From: the human T2T-CHM13v2.0 reference genome, Homo sapiens
DNA length: 64,000 nt
Assembly (NCBI RefSeq): GCF_009914755.1
Contig: NC_060927.1
Strand: one strand, 5' to 3'
A program made the position numbers and the translations under genes. The notes beneath the pieces are model-generated. The model was not told the DNA's origin and did not search any database. It saw nothing but the letters and a program-made list of their open reading frames with translations. Within the stretch, counting starts at the first letter, position 1, and the number at the start of each line of letters is the position of its first letter. Positions 30,051-45,300 of the stretch are shown piece after piece.

Positions 30051-31664
30051 GGGATGTCCCTGACAGGAAAAACAACAACAACAACATCGACAACAAAAAC
30101 CAAAAACCTTCTATACCAGGAAACCATCATAGTGTTCTTTGAATATACAAAAACTGGTCTACACATAATACAATAGAAAATATTGGCCTAAAAAGAGCAC
30201 CATGGCCGAAGGGACATGACCTATTTTAACAGATGATTTGAGAGTTAAAAGATAACTTGGAGGGCATCCAATTCAATCTCATCATTTTCCAGATGGGGAA
30301 ACTAAAACCCAGACAGAGGAACAGAAGTGCTGAGAGCACACAAGTATTCGGTGGCGGAGACAACCAACTACGTGCCTTTTGACGTTTTCCCCCCTACGAT
30401 GATGATAGGTTTCTTCGTTACATTGCCAACAAAAACAAAAAGTATAGTCTTGTTTCTGGTTTTCTCTCCGCCCTAAAATCTGTATAATATGATTTTGCTG
30501 CCCTCCAACAGAAAGCCTCAGGAAGAGATGGTTTAACCTCCTTAAGTCCGCTCCCATCCCCAAGGACAGACATTCACTTTCCTTGAATTGGAAGTAGAGC
30601 CACTTGTTGCTTTAATGGGCCAAATGCGGTCTGGACCTGCAGGAGGAGACGCCGCTCATAAAGAGCTTCTCAATTGCACTGCAACCTGTACTGGCATCCT
30701 GACTTTGCCCCCAAACCCCAGCCAGAGAAAGACAAAGAAAGGCATTCCCAATCAATGGGGACACTTGTGCCTGCCCCCTCTTTCTTCTTCCTGCCATCAC
30801 CTCTTTCCTGCTCTTTCTTACTGGCAAAAACTGCCACCAGGTGCACCAGATGCATCTCTGGAAATAGGTAGGAGGGAGTCTTACACCTGTCAGTGCTAGA
30901 AAGTGCGCTCTGCGGAGTTCTCAGTTGTTCCCTCTCTGCAACGAAGTAAAAAGAAGGGATGCGTCCGAGGTTTTTGACACAGACATGCTGGGGAAACGCG
31001 TCAGTTCAAGGAGCTCTGACTCTAGTGACTACTGAAGACCAGTGATGCACTCCCATGCCTAGCATCTCCTCTTGACTTCTGTTTCCCTGCAGCCAAGCTC
31101 AGCTCCTGGCCCTGGAAACCCCTTTGGGTAAAGCGTCTTTAAGTCAAGAATCAGGCTCCTGTGTGCACGTGTGGCTTTCTTAGCAAAAAACTAGCACAGG
31201 CGGCTCAGGAGTAGAGTCTAGCTAGGGTCTTCCCGCGCCCCTCCCTCACTGGTTTCTCTGCCCCTGCCTCGCTTTCTCCCAGAGCTAAGAGCCTAGGCTC
31301 CGGACCTAGGGTTTGGGAGCAGTCAGCACGACGTCCTCGCCCCATCCCGCGGCTGATGACACCCGTGCCCAGAACGTGGGTGTGGGTAGGGAGGCTTCCA
31401 CAGTGAGTTAGGGTCGAGAGCTAGGCTCTCGCTTGCTCCCCGCAATCCCTAGATTCCCTGGGGACCACGAAACTCCCATTCCGAGGAAACCTCCCCCCAT
31501 TCCCCAGCCGCCCACCCGTTTCCCCCCCTTACCTCAGCACGCAGCCCCTCCCTGCGTGATGATGCAAACCAGTGGGGAGGGCTGGCGCTGGGAAGGGTGG
31601 GGAGAGAAGGAGAGCCAGCGAGGGAGGGAGGGAGTGGGAGGAGGAGGAGAGGGAGCCGAACGAC

Positions 31665-31698
31665 CATTTAAAGCGATAGCAGTCCCTGCCCTCTCCCC

Positions 31699-31704
<6 letters not shown>
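31665..31704 (+). promoter_or_regulatory. Core promoter: TATA-like CATTTAAAG plus initiator
   Basis: TTTAAA at 31667-31672 is an isolated AT patch in GC-rich DNA, at -32 to -27 from the BBCABW-type Inr CCCAGT. Confidence 0.6.
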
Positions 31705-32542
<838 letters not shown>

Positions 32543-35500
32543 TAACCCTAAAAGCTGGCTTGGACTCCGGTGGTGCGGGTCAGGTCAGCCTTCGCTCATT
32601 TCCTCCCTGGAGATCCTGCCGAATCCCTCCCACCCCGCTCGAGGAGATACCTTCCCTGCTTGGTTTATTTCCCTTCCATCTCTCCCCTGTCCACGCTCCA
32701 CTCCATCCGGCTTGACATCTGGATTTATGGCCCCATTTACAAGAAGCAATCTGCGAAAAACAAGGCGATGATTTAAATGGGTTTGCATTAGGGTGAAATA
32801 TGGTCCGAAAACAGGCTCGTAAAAGTGCCAGGCTCCTAGGAGAGCTGGTTAGGAGAATGGAATAGGAAAGATGAGACGATGCCTGGAAACCGGGCATTTC
32901 CCAACTCCCCAGCTTCCCACCCCCAAGCCAGCCTGCCAACCTGCACTCCCTTGAAAAATTTGGAGACAGCCTTAAGGAGGCACTTCTTAAATCGAGGGCT
33001 CCGTCTTAACCTAGATGTGGATGTTAAGTCCGCATCTCCCTCGGGCTGATTTCCCGACCTGTAGCCAGCCTCCGCGAGAGCCCAGGGCGCGAGGTGCTGG
33101 GACCTTCCTCAGGTGGAGAGATGCTGCCCGCAGACGTGACCCCCGGTTGGTTTGCTCCGGGCAATATTTTGCACCGTCTAAATTACATGTGCGATCCGGC
33201 CACTGGCCGGAGCTGGGCGATCAGCTTTCCACTCCTGCCACTTCAGACCTCAGCCCAGGGATGAGCTCACGCTAACTGCGAAACGAAATCGCTCTCCCTG
33301 CCTCCTCCCTCCTCCCCCTCCGCCCCCCTCACCCACTATCTCCCTGACGCAGACCCCAAGCCAAATCCTCGGCTTGGAGGACGATTCCCGGAGCGAGGCA
33401 TGAAGGCGCCCGTTGGGAGGCAGAGGGGTGCGTGAAGCGGGGCCCCGTGGTCCTCCTGCTCCGGTGCCGGAGGGAGACGGAGAAAAAATGGGAGGAAGGC
33501 GGATCCGGGGCCGCTGAGCGGTGGGTTCTGCCGCAGTGTTCTCTCGCCTCCTGCTCCAGCAGCCTCTGCCCCATGGCTCCTGAGCTGCACTGGGTAGGAA
33601 TGAGTGGCTTTGGGGTTTGGAAATTGAGTTTCAGGGTCTCTGTGATTGTAGGTTCCCTCCTCTGTGTCTTTCCCTATATGTGCATCACTCTCTCTTTCTG
33701 TCTCTGTCTCCTTGCTGTTTTTTTTTTCTCTCTGTTTTTTCTCTCCTTTTCAATCTCTCCCTCCTTTCCTCCTCTGTCTTCACTCCCAAGTTCTTGGTTC
33801 ATCTCCGTATTAAAATGACCCTTTTCCAGTGCATAGCGGCTCTCTCCCTGGCTGGTGGTACCCAAACCTAGTTAATCTCTTCCGCAGATGTACACGCTGA
33901 TCCTGGCACCTTTATGCTCCTCATATCTAGAGAACCGGCCCCTCTCAAGTGCTTTCCCAAAAGGTGTTGGGCTTCAGAAGGGGACTCTGTGAGACCCAGG
34001 CTGTCATCACATCACCTCCAGGAGTGTGAAGTTTGCATTCAGGAAAGAGGAGTGCCCATCCAAGGCTGCAGCTTGCATGGCCCCTCTGATCCTCTGAGCA
34101 TCTCTGACACTTCCTGAGTGCCATCATGGAAATCCTGGCAGGTCTGCAAACCCAAAAGTGCTTCGGGGCTAGCCATCACTCTGAGTTCCTTGCTTTTGGG
34201 AAGAACCTGGCTTGTAGCTGAAACCCAGAGCCCTTCCTTCATCTTTGAGCTTAAAGCTAGACAAGTTGAGGTAGCAGTGCAGCGGGAGAGGATGAGGTCA
34301 GAGACATTACCTGAGAACCACTGGGGGCTGGGGTAGGTTACAGTGTTTTCCCTGTTAGCCTGTGGGGTTAAAGGCACAAAACGTTTTGTGTTTAGTATTT
34401 TAAAATTATTTTGCCTGTTTCTTCACTCACCCTGGGCAGTACTGCGGATCAGCCTGTCTCTGTCTGAAAAAAGAGTGAAATGTTAAAGTCAAGAAAGGGG
34501 TTACAGACTAGGCTGAGGGACTGTGTTTGCTGAAAAATATTCCAGGGGGAGCTGATTCCTTCTCTGGTGTGTGAACCTGAGGCAACTTGCTAGTGGTGAA
34601 AAAAGGGGTGGGGGGCTGGCCTGACACTAATTTCTCCATTCCCTGAGCTGAGGAGAAAGTAACCCAATGTTAGCGTTAGCGTTATGGCTGGGGAGTAAAA
34701 CCATTCAGAGAAAACACTGTCATTTTCCTCTAATTTGCAAATTGCAGCTATTCATGTTGGATTGAATAGCTGAGGGAAAAAGAGCCCCTAGTTTTCACCT
34801 GCGTTTATGGAGAAGAGGCTGGTAGTCTGAGGAATGCACCAACTTGTAGCTTGGGATGCATGCAAGCTAGATAAAACAGTTGGTTTGTATGTGTCCTGGT
34901 TAATCACTGCCCATGTTGGAATATGTGTTTCATATACCAACAATCTCTTCCAGTAGCCCTTTTTGCGTGTGATCTTAGACGCTCCTGTCATGTAATTCCA
35001 GTCCCCAGGTTTCCAGTGTCTATAAGCCTGCAAAATGAGTAGAGAGAATAATGGTATACACACCCATTGTTCAAAGGCACACTTAGAGGGAGAGAAAAAG
35101 GATATAGTGAATCTTGTCGGGGATTTCTAGGTTCAGTTCAATTAAGATTGTCCTACATAAAAGAAACTCCTCCAAATGATTGAATTTCTAGCTTTCCAGT
35201 GATTTGAGTTTTCTTTTTCCTCTGTTCCCTGCAGGTTGCTTTAGGGACCATGCCAAACCGATCACTTGAGATATACGTTTATAGTGAGATAAGACTGTAG
35301 GCTAGAAGAAGGAATACTTAGCGACTTAAATGGGGGGTGCTGAGCACTGAAGGGAAGGAGGGAGAAATGAGATGGTAACAGATGTAACAAATGCTGCTGC
35401 CCCCAGCAAAGTCAGGAATGAAATTCCTTCCTGGAAATTTGGACCTGGGCAAGAATGACTCCTCAGATGTAAATAGTGTCTATGACTTTGAATTTTCATT

Positions 35501-37329
35501 TGACTGCTGGTGTACCAGATTGAAGATATAAGCTTAGCAAGTCCTCTTTCTCTCCTCTCTTTACACACTGAGTGGGTTAGTACGATGACATGTCTGAGGA
35601 CAGGAATCATATTCAGTGGGTCTTCAAATCAATCCAGGAATTTGAGGCTAATGAAATTAGTGTGTGGCCAGGGCTCTGCCAACTAGAATTAAATCACTGC
35701 AACTGCCCTGCAATGCATTTTCAGCCTCAAAGAAACATCAGGGAGGAATTTCTGGAGATTTGTTCCTAAGCTTGCGCAAAATAATACTCTCCTAATGCTA
35801 AGAAAGATTAAACGTAAATTAATATTGACTATAAGTAACATATTTAAAAAAAATCATCACAGAGTTGGGATGGCTGGAAGTAGAGAGGTTATATAATACG
35901 GTGACCAATGGATAAATCTCCTCTGACCACTGTCTTATGGGCAATAAGTAAGGTATATTACAGTGGAAAGTCATGGGAACATTTTCATTCAAACCCTCTC
36001 CATTATTGACTTGAGAGCAAACACTCCCAGAGTATAAATTACCCTTGCTACATTCTGACTCTGAATGAATAATATTTCCTGTGTAGTGACATGCTCTACA
36101 CTATAGACTTGGAATTGAATGGCATCTGATTCAGGTGGATTTTTTTTTTTTTTCCTCCCAAAGCAAGTAGATGGAAAAAGCGGTCAACTCTACCCTTGTC
36201 GGAGCATAATGCAAATCTAAGTCTGTGGACCTTGTATCATAAATGAAATGCTTTAGTAAATGTGTCAATGTTTTCCTTCTGTTAATTGAAACTTGAATGT
36301 AATATCAAACTTTTGGGATAATATTTTATACAGAAATACCTAGATTTTTTTTTCTTTTCTCTCTCTCCATCGTAATCCGATAGAGCTGAGCACATAGGGT
36401 GGTGTGGTATTACTACGGTGGTGAAATTTATTAGAAAGGCAACTTTAACCTACACTTTTTATAATTTCATAAGTATAGGTGTCACTGCCATTTGGAATAG
36501 TCTCTATAACAATCTCTGCCTCCACATTTACTGTGTTTTAGGAAATTTACCTAACAGATGGTGAGTGGGAAATTTTTAAAGGGGCATTTTTAAAAAGAGC
36601 AGAGGGAAGGAATGAAGACATGCACATATTATATTTGAAGACATCTCCATGTGTATTTCGTGTATACATACCCATGCAATTAAGATGTCTTTGGGCATTT
36701 TTCTCTTTAAGAATAATTGAAACAATGAATGCATTTACTTCAACTTCATGAACATTTGGAGATTAACAAATTACAAGTGCTATATTTCTTACATATATAC
36801 AGGTTATATCATAGATATAAAAGACCATACTTGGATTTTACAGTGTGTTTTAGTCTCAATCCTGCCATTAACTGGCTAAGTTACCCTAAATAAATCTCTT
36901 AATTTTTCTAGGCTTCATTTGCCTTATCTGCTTTTTTTTTTTTCTTTAAAAATGTAGTTTCTAAAAGTCTGTAATCTTTTTTGTTTAGCTTGGAAAAAAC
37001 TTTGTCTTGTCAAAACTGTCTTTGCATTTCCAGCTCCCACTTTTGGTGAGTTTGTGGGAACTTTTAAAATATATTTTCACACAGCTATCTTGGTCATTAC
37101 TAGTCAAGTTAATTTCCTGTATTCAGACTGCTTTTTTATTATCTTACAATTTACTTCTCAATCATATATATCAAGGCTACTGGTAGGGAAAATGATCTCT
37201 CAGGTCAGCTTACTGAATGATCATAAGACACAAGGCAGGGAGTGAGAACTGTGGAATTTACAGTGGCAGCAAGCTATAGCTTTCGTATCTCCATGTAGTA
37301 TTCCCATTCATCTTGCAAAAATATCAGAC

Positions 37330-37790
37330 TTTTCTCTCCCAAAACTGAGAAATGATGACATCCTGCCTATCTTCCTGGCCCCAGGGATGAGGTACGTGGC
37401 CAGGTCAAATGAAGCAGGTGATTGGTTCCTTTGTAATCATTTGACCTCATCCAGGCCAATTAGAATCTTCCCCAAGATGTTTCTCTCAGAGATAAATGGG
37501 AACACTATCTCCTCTCTCTGGAATTTTTAAGCTAGGGAGATGTGATTCTGGGGCTCCCAGTGGCCATCCAACACAAGGAGAGACTTTCTGTAGCATATAG
37601 TCAAGTAGATGTGAGTAGGGCTGAGTGGTGGGAGAGAGGGGAGCCCTGCTGATATTCTGGAACTCCTACATTCAACTATATCTGAATCTAGATATGTCTG
37701 TGAGTTTCTAGGACGTGTTATTTTTTGAAACACATTTCTTTTTACTATTTTGAGTTTGATTTTAGCCATGTGCAGTGGAAAGCATTATAG
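37330..37790 (+). mobile_element. Old MaLR LTR (MLT1J/K-like)
   Basis: Motifs tgattggtt...caggccaattagaatc and ctgaatctaga; diverged. Confidence 0.45.
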
Positions 37791-38639
37791 CAAAAGCAGC
37801 TGATTTTCTGCATTAATGTAAGGTTCACTAACTGGCATTCATTCAGTGAAAAATCAGGCTGTAGATAACACTTTCTTTACTTTAAACATAATTCTTTTAG
37901 CCCAGCTTCGGGACATTCAAGACTCGATGTCCTTCTCTTCCCAACATTTACTGTAATTGATTTCAGCCTTTGTGATCACATCTTCCCTATCTCGATGCAG
38001 TTGAGAGGGAAGACAGACACTTCTGATGTAAACTGCAGGATGTATAGGCCTCCTATCTGAAAGCTTTGGAACCACACTTGGTTCCTTTCATTAAAGCAAA
38101 TCTTTTGTTGATATCCCCAGGGCACAGAAACATTTTCATGGTATAATGGAATACAAAGTACATTAAACTCCTGGGTCACTCTACAGTAAGCAACAAGCCT
38201 AACTCTGCTTCTTGTCCCCTTTTACATTAAGTAGACAATTAAAAACAGCTGCAAACATATTTCCCAACCACTAAAATGCATATATGATCTCTATGTAAAA
38301 TGATATTTATGCAACATATAGTCTGACTGGTTAATTAATGGACCTTTTGTGAATTGACACAGTCAATATATATGTTTTCTGCACATAAAAAATCAAAACA
38401 ATAAAACCTATGTACAGGTAAATATCTGTCTGAAAGAGTGTTGAGTCAACCTTCTTCACATTATATTTCCATGTTTGACAAGTAACCTGCTTTCAACTAT
38501 ATTTACAACTAAATGTTTTTTGAATCACATTATTAGATTACAAAATCAAAAATCAAATATATGAATTTCAATGATATAGGATATATGTCACATTTTATGC
38601 AAACCGACTTTCTAATCTTTTTTCAATAAAAGTAGTAGT

Positions 38640-38860
38640 AACCATAATAATAATTTGAGTCCTTACCATAAGCCACTGTGCCACGTGCTAAAAGTACTTC
38701 ATTTCATTTAATTCTCACAGTAGTCCTGCAATGTACATATTCTCATCCCATTGTTCAGCTCAGGAAAGTGATTCTCATAGCCCAAAGTCACATAGCTGGT
38801 AAGTGGCAAAGTCTGGATTCAAACTTGTCAGATTTGTCTGACAACAAACCACTACGTATA
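38640..38860 (-). mobile_element. MIR
   Basis: cacatagctggtaagtggcaaagtctggattcaaac core. Confidence 0.7.
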
Positions 38861-39759
38861 CTGCTCAGTTGTTGCACAAATGCATAAATGCTTAAAGTAA
38901 TTGCAGATTTTCCTATCCTGAATTTATAGTGGTTTAAAGACATCACAGTTGCTGATTGCTTAAGCGTATCTATTTACAGAAATATATGTTTTATTTTAAT
39001 CCTACAACAAGATTAATTTTGTAGGCCCATAGAAACTTGAGCACACAAACCCTTACCTCCAAATGAAAAATGCTTGTTCTCCCTTATACAACAAGTAGCC
39101 CCGTATGCAGGAAATAAATATACAGTAGACTTTTCATTCAAATAAATGAGAAAAGATGTTTCATCTTGTCTTGATTCAGTACCCACCATTATGGATTATG
39201 ATGGCTCTTTCTAAACTTCATTTCGTTCACTCCACCCTTTCTACAAACCTCAAGTAGGGAAATCCATCATTCAGATATATGTGCAAAGTGAGAGGACTGT
39301 TTTAATACAATTGCTGAAAGTCAAGTTGATAGAGCACAGGAAGTACATCCTAATAAATGCAACATTAATGTTTGTGTGGGCCGTGGAGGGAAGGGTAGGA
39401 GAGTTTTCAGTTTAATGGGTTATTTTGCCTCTTGCTGTAAAAGAGCTGCAGCTTAATAGTTTTATAATTGGTCATTTGCAGAATTCTCCATCTTTGGGTG
39501 TTGTGCTTTTGTCATTCCACGGCTGCTGACTTTCTTTTATTCTTGATGGAAAGTAGCAAGAAAGTCACTTAAAGGGCTCAGTGTAGTCTTCTACATTATT
39601 GTTTAAATAAAAATATTTCCATTTTTAAAGGGCTCTTTAAACATTTTTATTATGTTTTAAACTTGACTGTGTTCTGAAGGGGTTAGCTCATGCAGACATC
39701 AGGGGGAAGGTTTCCCAGGAGAAAACACACTCTATCAAAGGAATTATCAGAATTTCCAT

Positions 39760-39990
39760 GTAGGGGTTAAGAATCAAATTCTGGAGCAAGACAGGCCTGG
39801 ATTTAAATCCACACACTCCACTTACTGCCTGTCTGACGTTGATCAAAAAGGTACCACACCTTTCACCAATTTTCTTATCTTTGGAATGGGTATAATAAAA
39901 ATGTACCTGTCTGATAGAGTAATTGCAAGGATTGCATGAAGTATGCATGGAAATATTTTGCCACTGAGATTAGCATGTTTAATAAATTTA
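39760..39990 (+). mobile_element. MIR
   Basis: ggttaagaatc...ctggatttaaatcc...ccacttact core. Confidence 0.6.
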
Positions 39991-40160
39991 AAAGCTATGT
40001 TAAAGTTATCAGATGGTCATTAAGTGTCAATATTGCTTAATTAATCATTATTGCTAATTTTGAATTTTGCTGTTTAATTACCATAGTAGTTATGCTGGAT
40101 TACACTCTTCTCTGTTTCTTCTGCTGAATTGAAAATTTACATACATATGTATAATTTACA

Positions 40161-40172
40161 TCTATCTATCTG

Positions 40173-40213
<41 letters not shown>
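40161..40213. repeat. (TCTA)n tetranucleotide STR
   Basis: About 13 units with one TCTG variant; GA/CA-rich run follows. Confidence 0.95.
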
Positions 40214-40524
40214 GGAGACAGAGAGAGAGAAAGAGCAAAAGAGAGAACAGTGAGACAGAAGGAGAGAGAGAGTGAGAGATAACACACACACACGTGCACA
40301 GAGAGAACATTTTAGTGACGTTACTCAGTGGAATGAAACTTTTTATGGAACTGATTAAAGGAAATAATGAATTCCATGGACTTAAGATAACAGCAAGGCT
40401 AAGAGCAGTGGAAGTCTGGCAGCCTTGAGCTTGAATTCCATTGTGGACCCTTTCTACCTGCAGAGCTTTGGGAAAGTTACACTTTTATAAGCTTTACTCC
40501 TTCTTTCCTTATCTTTGTTTTTTC

Positions 40525-41560
40525 CTAGAAATACTTATTAAACACCTTCCATGTGCGCTTTTCTAAATGCTTGGACACATCAGTAAAAAAGTAAAAGCTC
40601 TCTCTCTCCTTCTCCTTTCCTCTTCTTTTTTTTTTCTTTTTGCTTCTCCCTCTCTTCTCTCCCTTCTCCACTCTCTCCTCCCTCCTCTCTCTCTCAGCTT
40701 ACATTCTCATGTGTGAAAACAGATGGATGTTATAAATACATCCTATGGATGTTACAAGTTGGTGAACATTATGGGATAAGGAAAAGAATGTGGAACTTGC
40801 TGAAGATGGTCGGGTTGGTAGTGCTAGGGGCTATAAGTGTGGTCTCTACTTTTAAGTAGGGTAATAGCGTAGATTTGATGAGGTGACAATTGAGCAAAGA
40901 CTTGAAGCAAGGGAGTTGGCATAGTGGATTTAGGGGAAGACCACTCCCTGGGAGTAGGAATGACCAGTGCCAAAACTCCAAGCAAAAATGGGCCTGGCAT
41001 GTTAGAAGAATATTGTAGAGGCCATTGTGGCTGAGTAGAGTCAATGAGGAGGAAGGGACAGCAGGAGGTCTTGAGGTCAGAGATGTGACGGGGCTAGTTC
41101 ATGCAAGGCCATCGCAGGCATTTTGTCATTTACTCTAAATGTTGGCAGCCAGTGGTAGGATTTTAGCAGAGGTATGAGATGAGCTGTCTCTTGTTCTAAA
41201 AGGACAATGCTCTGTGGTATTGAGGGTAAGGGCAAAGAGTAGTATCTGGGAGAACAGAGAAGAGGCATTTCCAGGTAAGATCGATGGTTTGGTGGCTTGA
41301 GCTTCTAAGAAGGGATACGTTTTGAAGGTTGAAACAGGATTTCCAGGCAGATAGAATGTGGGATGTGAAAGAAAGAACAGGATCAAGACCCCTTAACCCA
41401 AGATTTTGGGCCTGGGCAACTGGAAAGTTGAGATTATTATCATCTGAAATTGAAAAGATTCAATTGGGGTGGAACAGGGTTAGGGGTTAAGGATCAGTTT
41501 TGGAGACAGAAGGTTCCAGAAGTCTGTAGGTCCGAAGAAAGATCTGAACTAGAGATACAT
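40525..41560 (-). mobile_element. L2 fragment
   Basis: L2 antisense motifs (gaggtgacaattgagcaaagacttgaag, ttttgggcctgggcaactgga). Confidence 0.75.
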
Positions 41561-43074
41561 TGTGTAAAATGGAGACATTAAGAATAATTATCCGAAAGCG
41601 TTATTTTAAAGATTGAATGAGGAAGTGGAATTAGCACTGTAGGTTCTCAAAACACTTAGTAATTAGTGAAAAATAATTATCTGAAATGAAAGAAAATCCT
41701 GTAGTTTGTTTCTGCAGTAAAACTGAACAAAACAATATCTCATTATTTTAATAACATTTGTGACACAATTATTCTGGTCAGACACCATAACTATAAACAT
41801 TTAGAGGAAGCATTTCAGTTTCCTATGTTTCTCCCTGATGTTATAATTGCAACCATATTTTGTAAGGTTTAAATTAGTTGGATAGGGTGGCTCTTTAATG
41901 ACAATCAATTCTGAGCTACTTAGTTAATGCAATAATATACTATTTATTATTATTATTTTATGTTCTTCATTAAACTTAGTTGAAAATTTGTCATCACTGA
42001 TACGCATGATGAAATTTAGGTAGTTACCCAGGTGTTTAAGAAAAAAATAAGGGGCTTATCTTAAAATATGCCTATGCATACTTACTTTCAACAATTTCAC
42101 CAGGCATTTCATGTATTTCCTTGACTTTTTAAATTAAAAATATGACGGGAAATTTTATCTCGTAGGTTGTCATCTCCGTTTAGGTATTTGAAAACCATTA
42201 AACAGATTTTGTGGCTTAACCAAAATTCTGTTCCATTTTCATTTGGCTACCAGATATTGGTCCAAGCATGTACTTACAATAAAAATGCATGACCATGTTG
42301 TCTCAACACATCTATGATTTTATTTTAACACTATCATTATGTAAGCTATATTTTAATTGTAATTATAACACATTTTATATCAACACACATACATTTCTAG
42401 TGTTCAGGGGGAAAGCAGCGTGTAGTAAATTTTATCAAAATATAGCTTCTGAAGAACGGAACAGAGGGTAATTGTGTAATTCTGTATTTACCATAATTAA
42501 GTTCAGTAGAGTTGGCATAATAAAATTAAGATTAAAAAAAATCCCCAAACCATTGAGGCATCCTAGCTCCCTCTCCTCCACTCCTTTCCACATCAGAGAA
42601 CACATAGTTAGCATCTTTCTGTATAGAAATCAAGAAAAAACAGGCAAGTAAATGAATGACAGGCATGAGAAGAGTATGGAAAGAGACATGGAAAGGAAAT
42701 GTTACTTTTGGATTTGGGAGGTATGAAAGATCCACTAGTTTGTATGCCTACTGGGACCACAATTTCTGAAACAGTTAAGCTAAAGGTCAAAAATGCTGTC
42801 CCGCCATCCTTATGAGGAGGGACATACTTATATGCTAATCATTGCACCCTGTTTCATTGAGAAGATTATCACAAAAACTCTATTATATGAGGCAAAGTAC
42901 ATTGTTTTTAAATGATTGCCATTTCCTCAACTGCCACTCTCCAAGCTTGCATGCTCCAATTCTCTCTCTCTTACTCTCAGTCTTGCTCTTTGTTTGCCTT
43001 GATCTCACTCTCTCTCTTTCATGGATTATTTCAGTCTGGAGTGCAAGGATGGCTTATGGGAGAAGATCGTTGTA

Positions 43075-43979
<905 letters not shown>

Positions 43980-44004
43980 AGTAATTTTTGTATATAAATA
44001 TATA

Positions 44005-44260
44005 TACAGTATAGCATAGTGGTTAAGAGTACAGGTGCTGAACATAGTTCAGATTCCTGCTTTCCACTTGCTAACCATGTGAGCTTCAGCAATTTACCTG
44101 ATTATCAGGGTCTCACTATCCCCAATGGTGAAATAATGTTAACAATAGATCCGTCTGCATAGGCCTGTTTTCAGTGTTAAATGAGGTTCTTCATGGCAAG
44201 CACTTAATACAATGCCTACCACACAGTGAGGTCTATTATTTATTATTAATAGTATTAGCG
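44005..44260 (+). mobile_element. MIR
   Basis: agtatagcatagtggttaagagt ... gcacttaatacaatgcct. Confidence 0.8.
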
Positions 44261-44589
44261 TCAGTATTTTCAGCATGCCAGGTACTGTCTTTCCTAGCCT
44301 TATTCCATTATCCCCTAACTCCAGTTCCTGTCATGCACCCTGTATAAGGGCAGGGTTGTCACAGAGCTTTTGCCTATGGTGGTATCTGACCCCTAGTCAT
44401 CTCTGAGGCTGGGCCAGTTCCTGGCATTTATTGTTGCCCATTGAAACAATCCCTGGTTGAAGAAGGGAAGTTGGATGTTAAGGCAAAGCAGGGTGAAAGA
44501 GAGATTGTTTCATCTCTTCTTCACCTAGGGGATTGAGTGAAATATTCATACATCAGAAGGATAATCAGGCAATGGGCAAAATGCTTAAT

Positions 44590-44850
44590 TATATAGTTTA
44601 GTAATTGAGACCAAGCCAGGCAGACTGAATTTTAACTCCTTTCCAGCACATACTGACGGGGAACTTAGGTGTTTATTGTAACCTCTCTAAGCCTGTGTCT
44701 ACCTCTGAAAGAAAGAAATAATAATATTAGGATGTACTGCATACTGTTGTTGTGAAGAATGAATGACTAGATCCTTCTAAAGCACTAGGCACATTGTTTG
44801 GCATATAGCAAGTGCTCAATAAAGGTTAGTTGCCATAACTGCTTATAATA
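44590..44850 (+). mobile_element. MIR
   Basis: aacctctctaagcct ... ggcatatagcaagtgctcaataaa. Confidence 0.7.
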
Positions 44851-45059
44851 ACTCATTATCAGTAAGTAGCTGAACAACTCCGAGATCCTTCCTTTTCTTA
44901 AATTGCACATGATCTTTGGGACAACCAGTTTACATTTATCAAGTGTCGTTTATATGAAAAGCCTCAGGAGCCCAGAAGTCTTTAAACTGTACCCCCAGTC
45001 AGAGCCAGCTCCGGGCAGGCCACATCAATACCACCACTACCACCATCATCATTGCCATC

Positions 45060-45300
45060 CTTACTGATCAACTGGTCATATTCAGTACTTTCTGTGTGCC
45101 AGATACCAAGCTTATCCCTATATATGGATTACATCATTTTCTTCTCCCACTCGGGTAGGAAAAATTCTTATCATTTTACTGATAAAGACACTGAGGTGTT
45201 GAAAGGATAAGCAACTTGACCATTAGTGAGAGAGACGGAGCTAGGATATTCAAGCCCCTGTCTCTCTGACTTCATGAACCCTTGAATGTTATTATACTAT
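45060..45300 (-). mobile_element. MIR
   Basis: tgtgtgccagat...acactgagg...attcaagccc. Confidence 0.6.

Noticed and set aside
31322-31342. REST/RE1-like gtcagcacgacgtcctcgcc
   Set aside because: Only the left half-site resembles RE1; the GGACAG half is absent.
35205-35240. Strong acceptor ttttctttttcctctgttccctgcag
   Set aside because: No convincing donor within typical exon distance; likely a decoy site.
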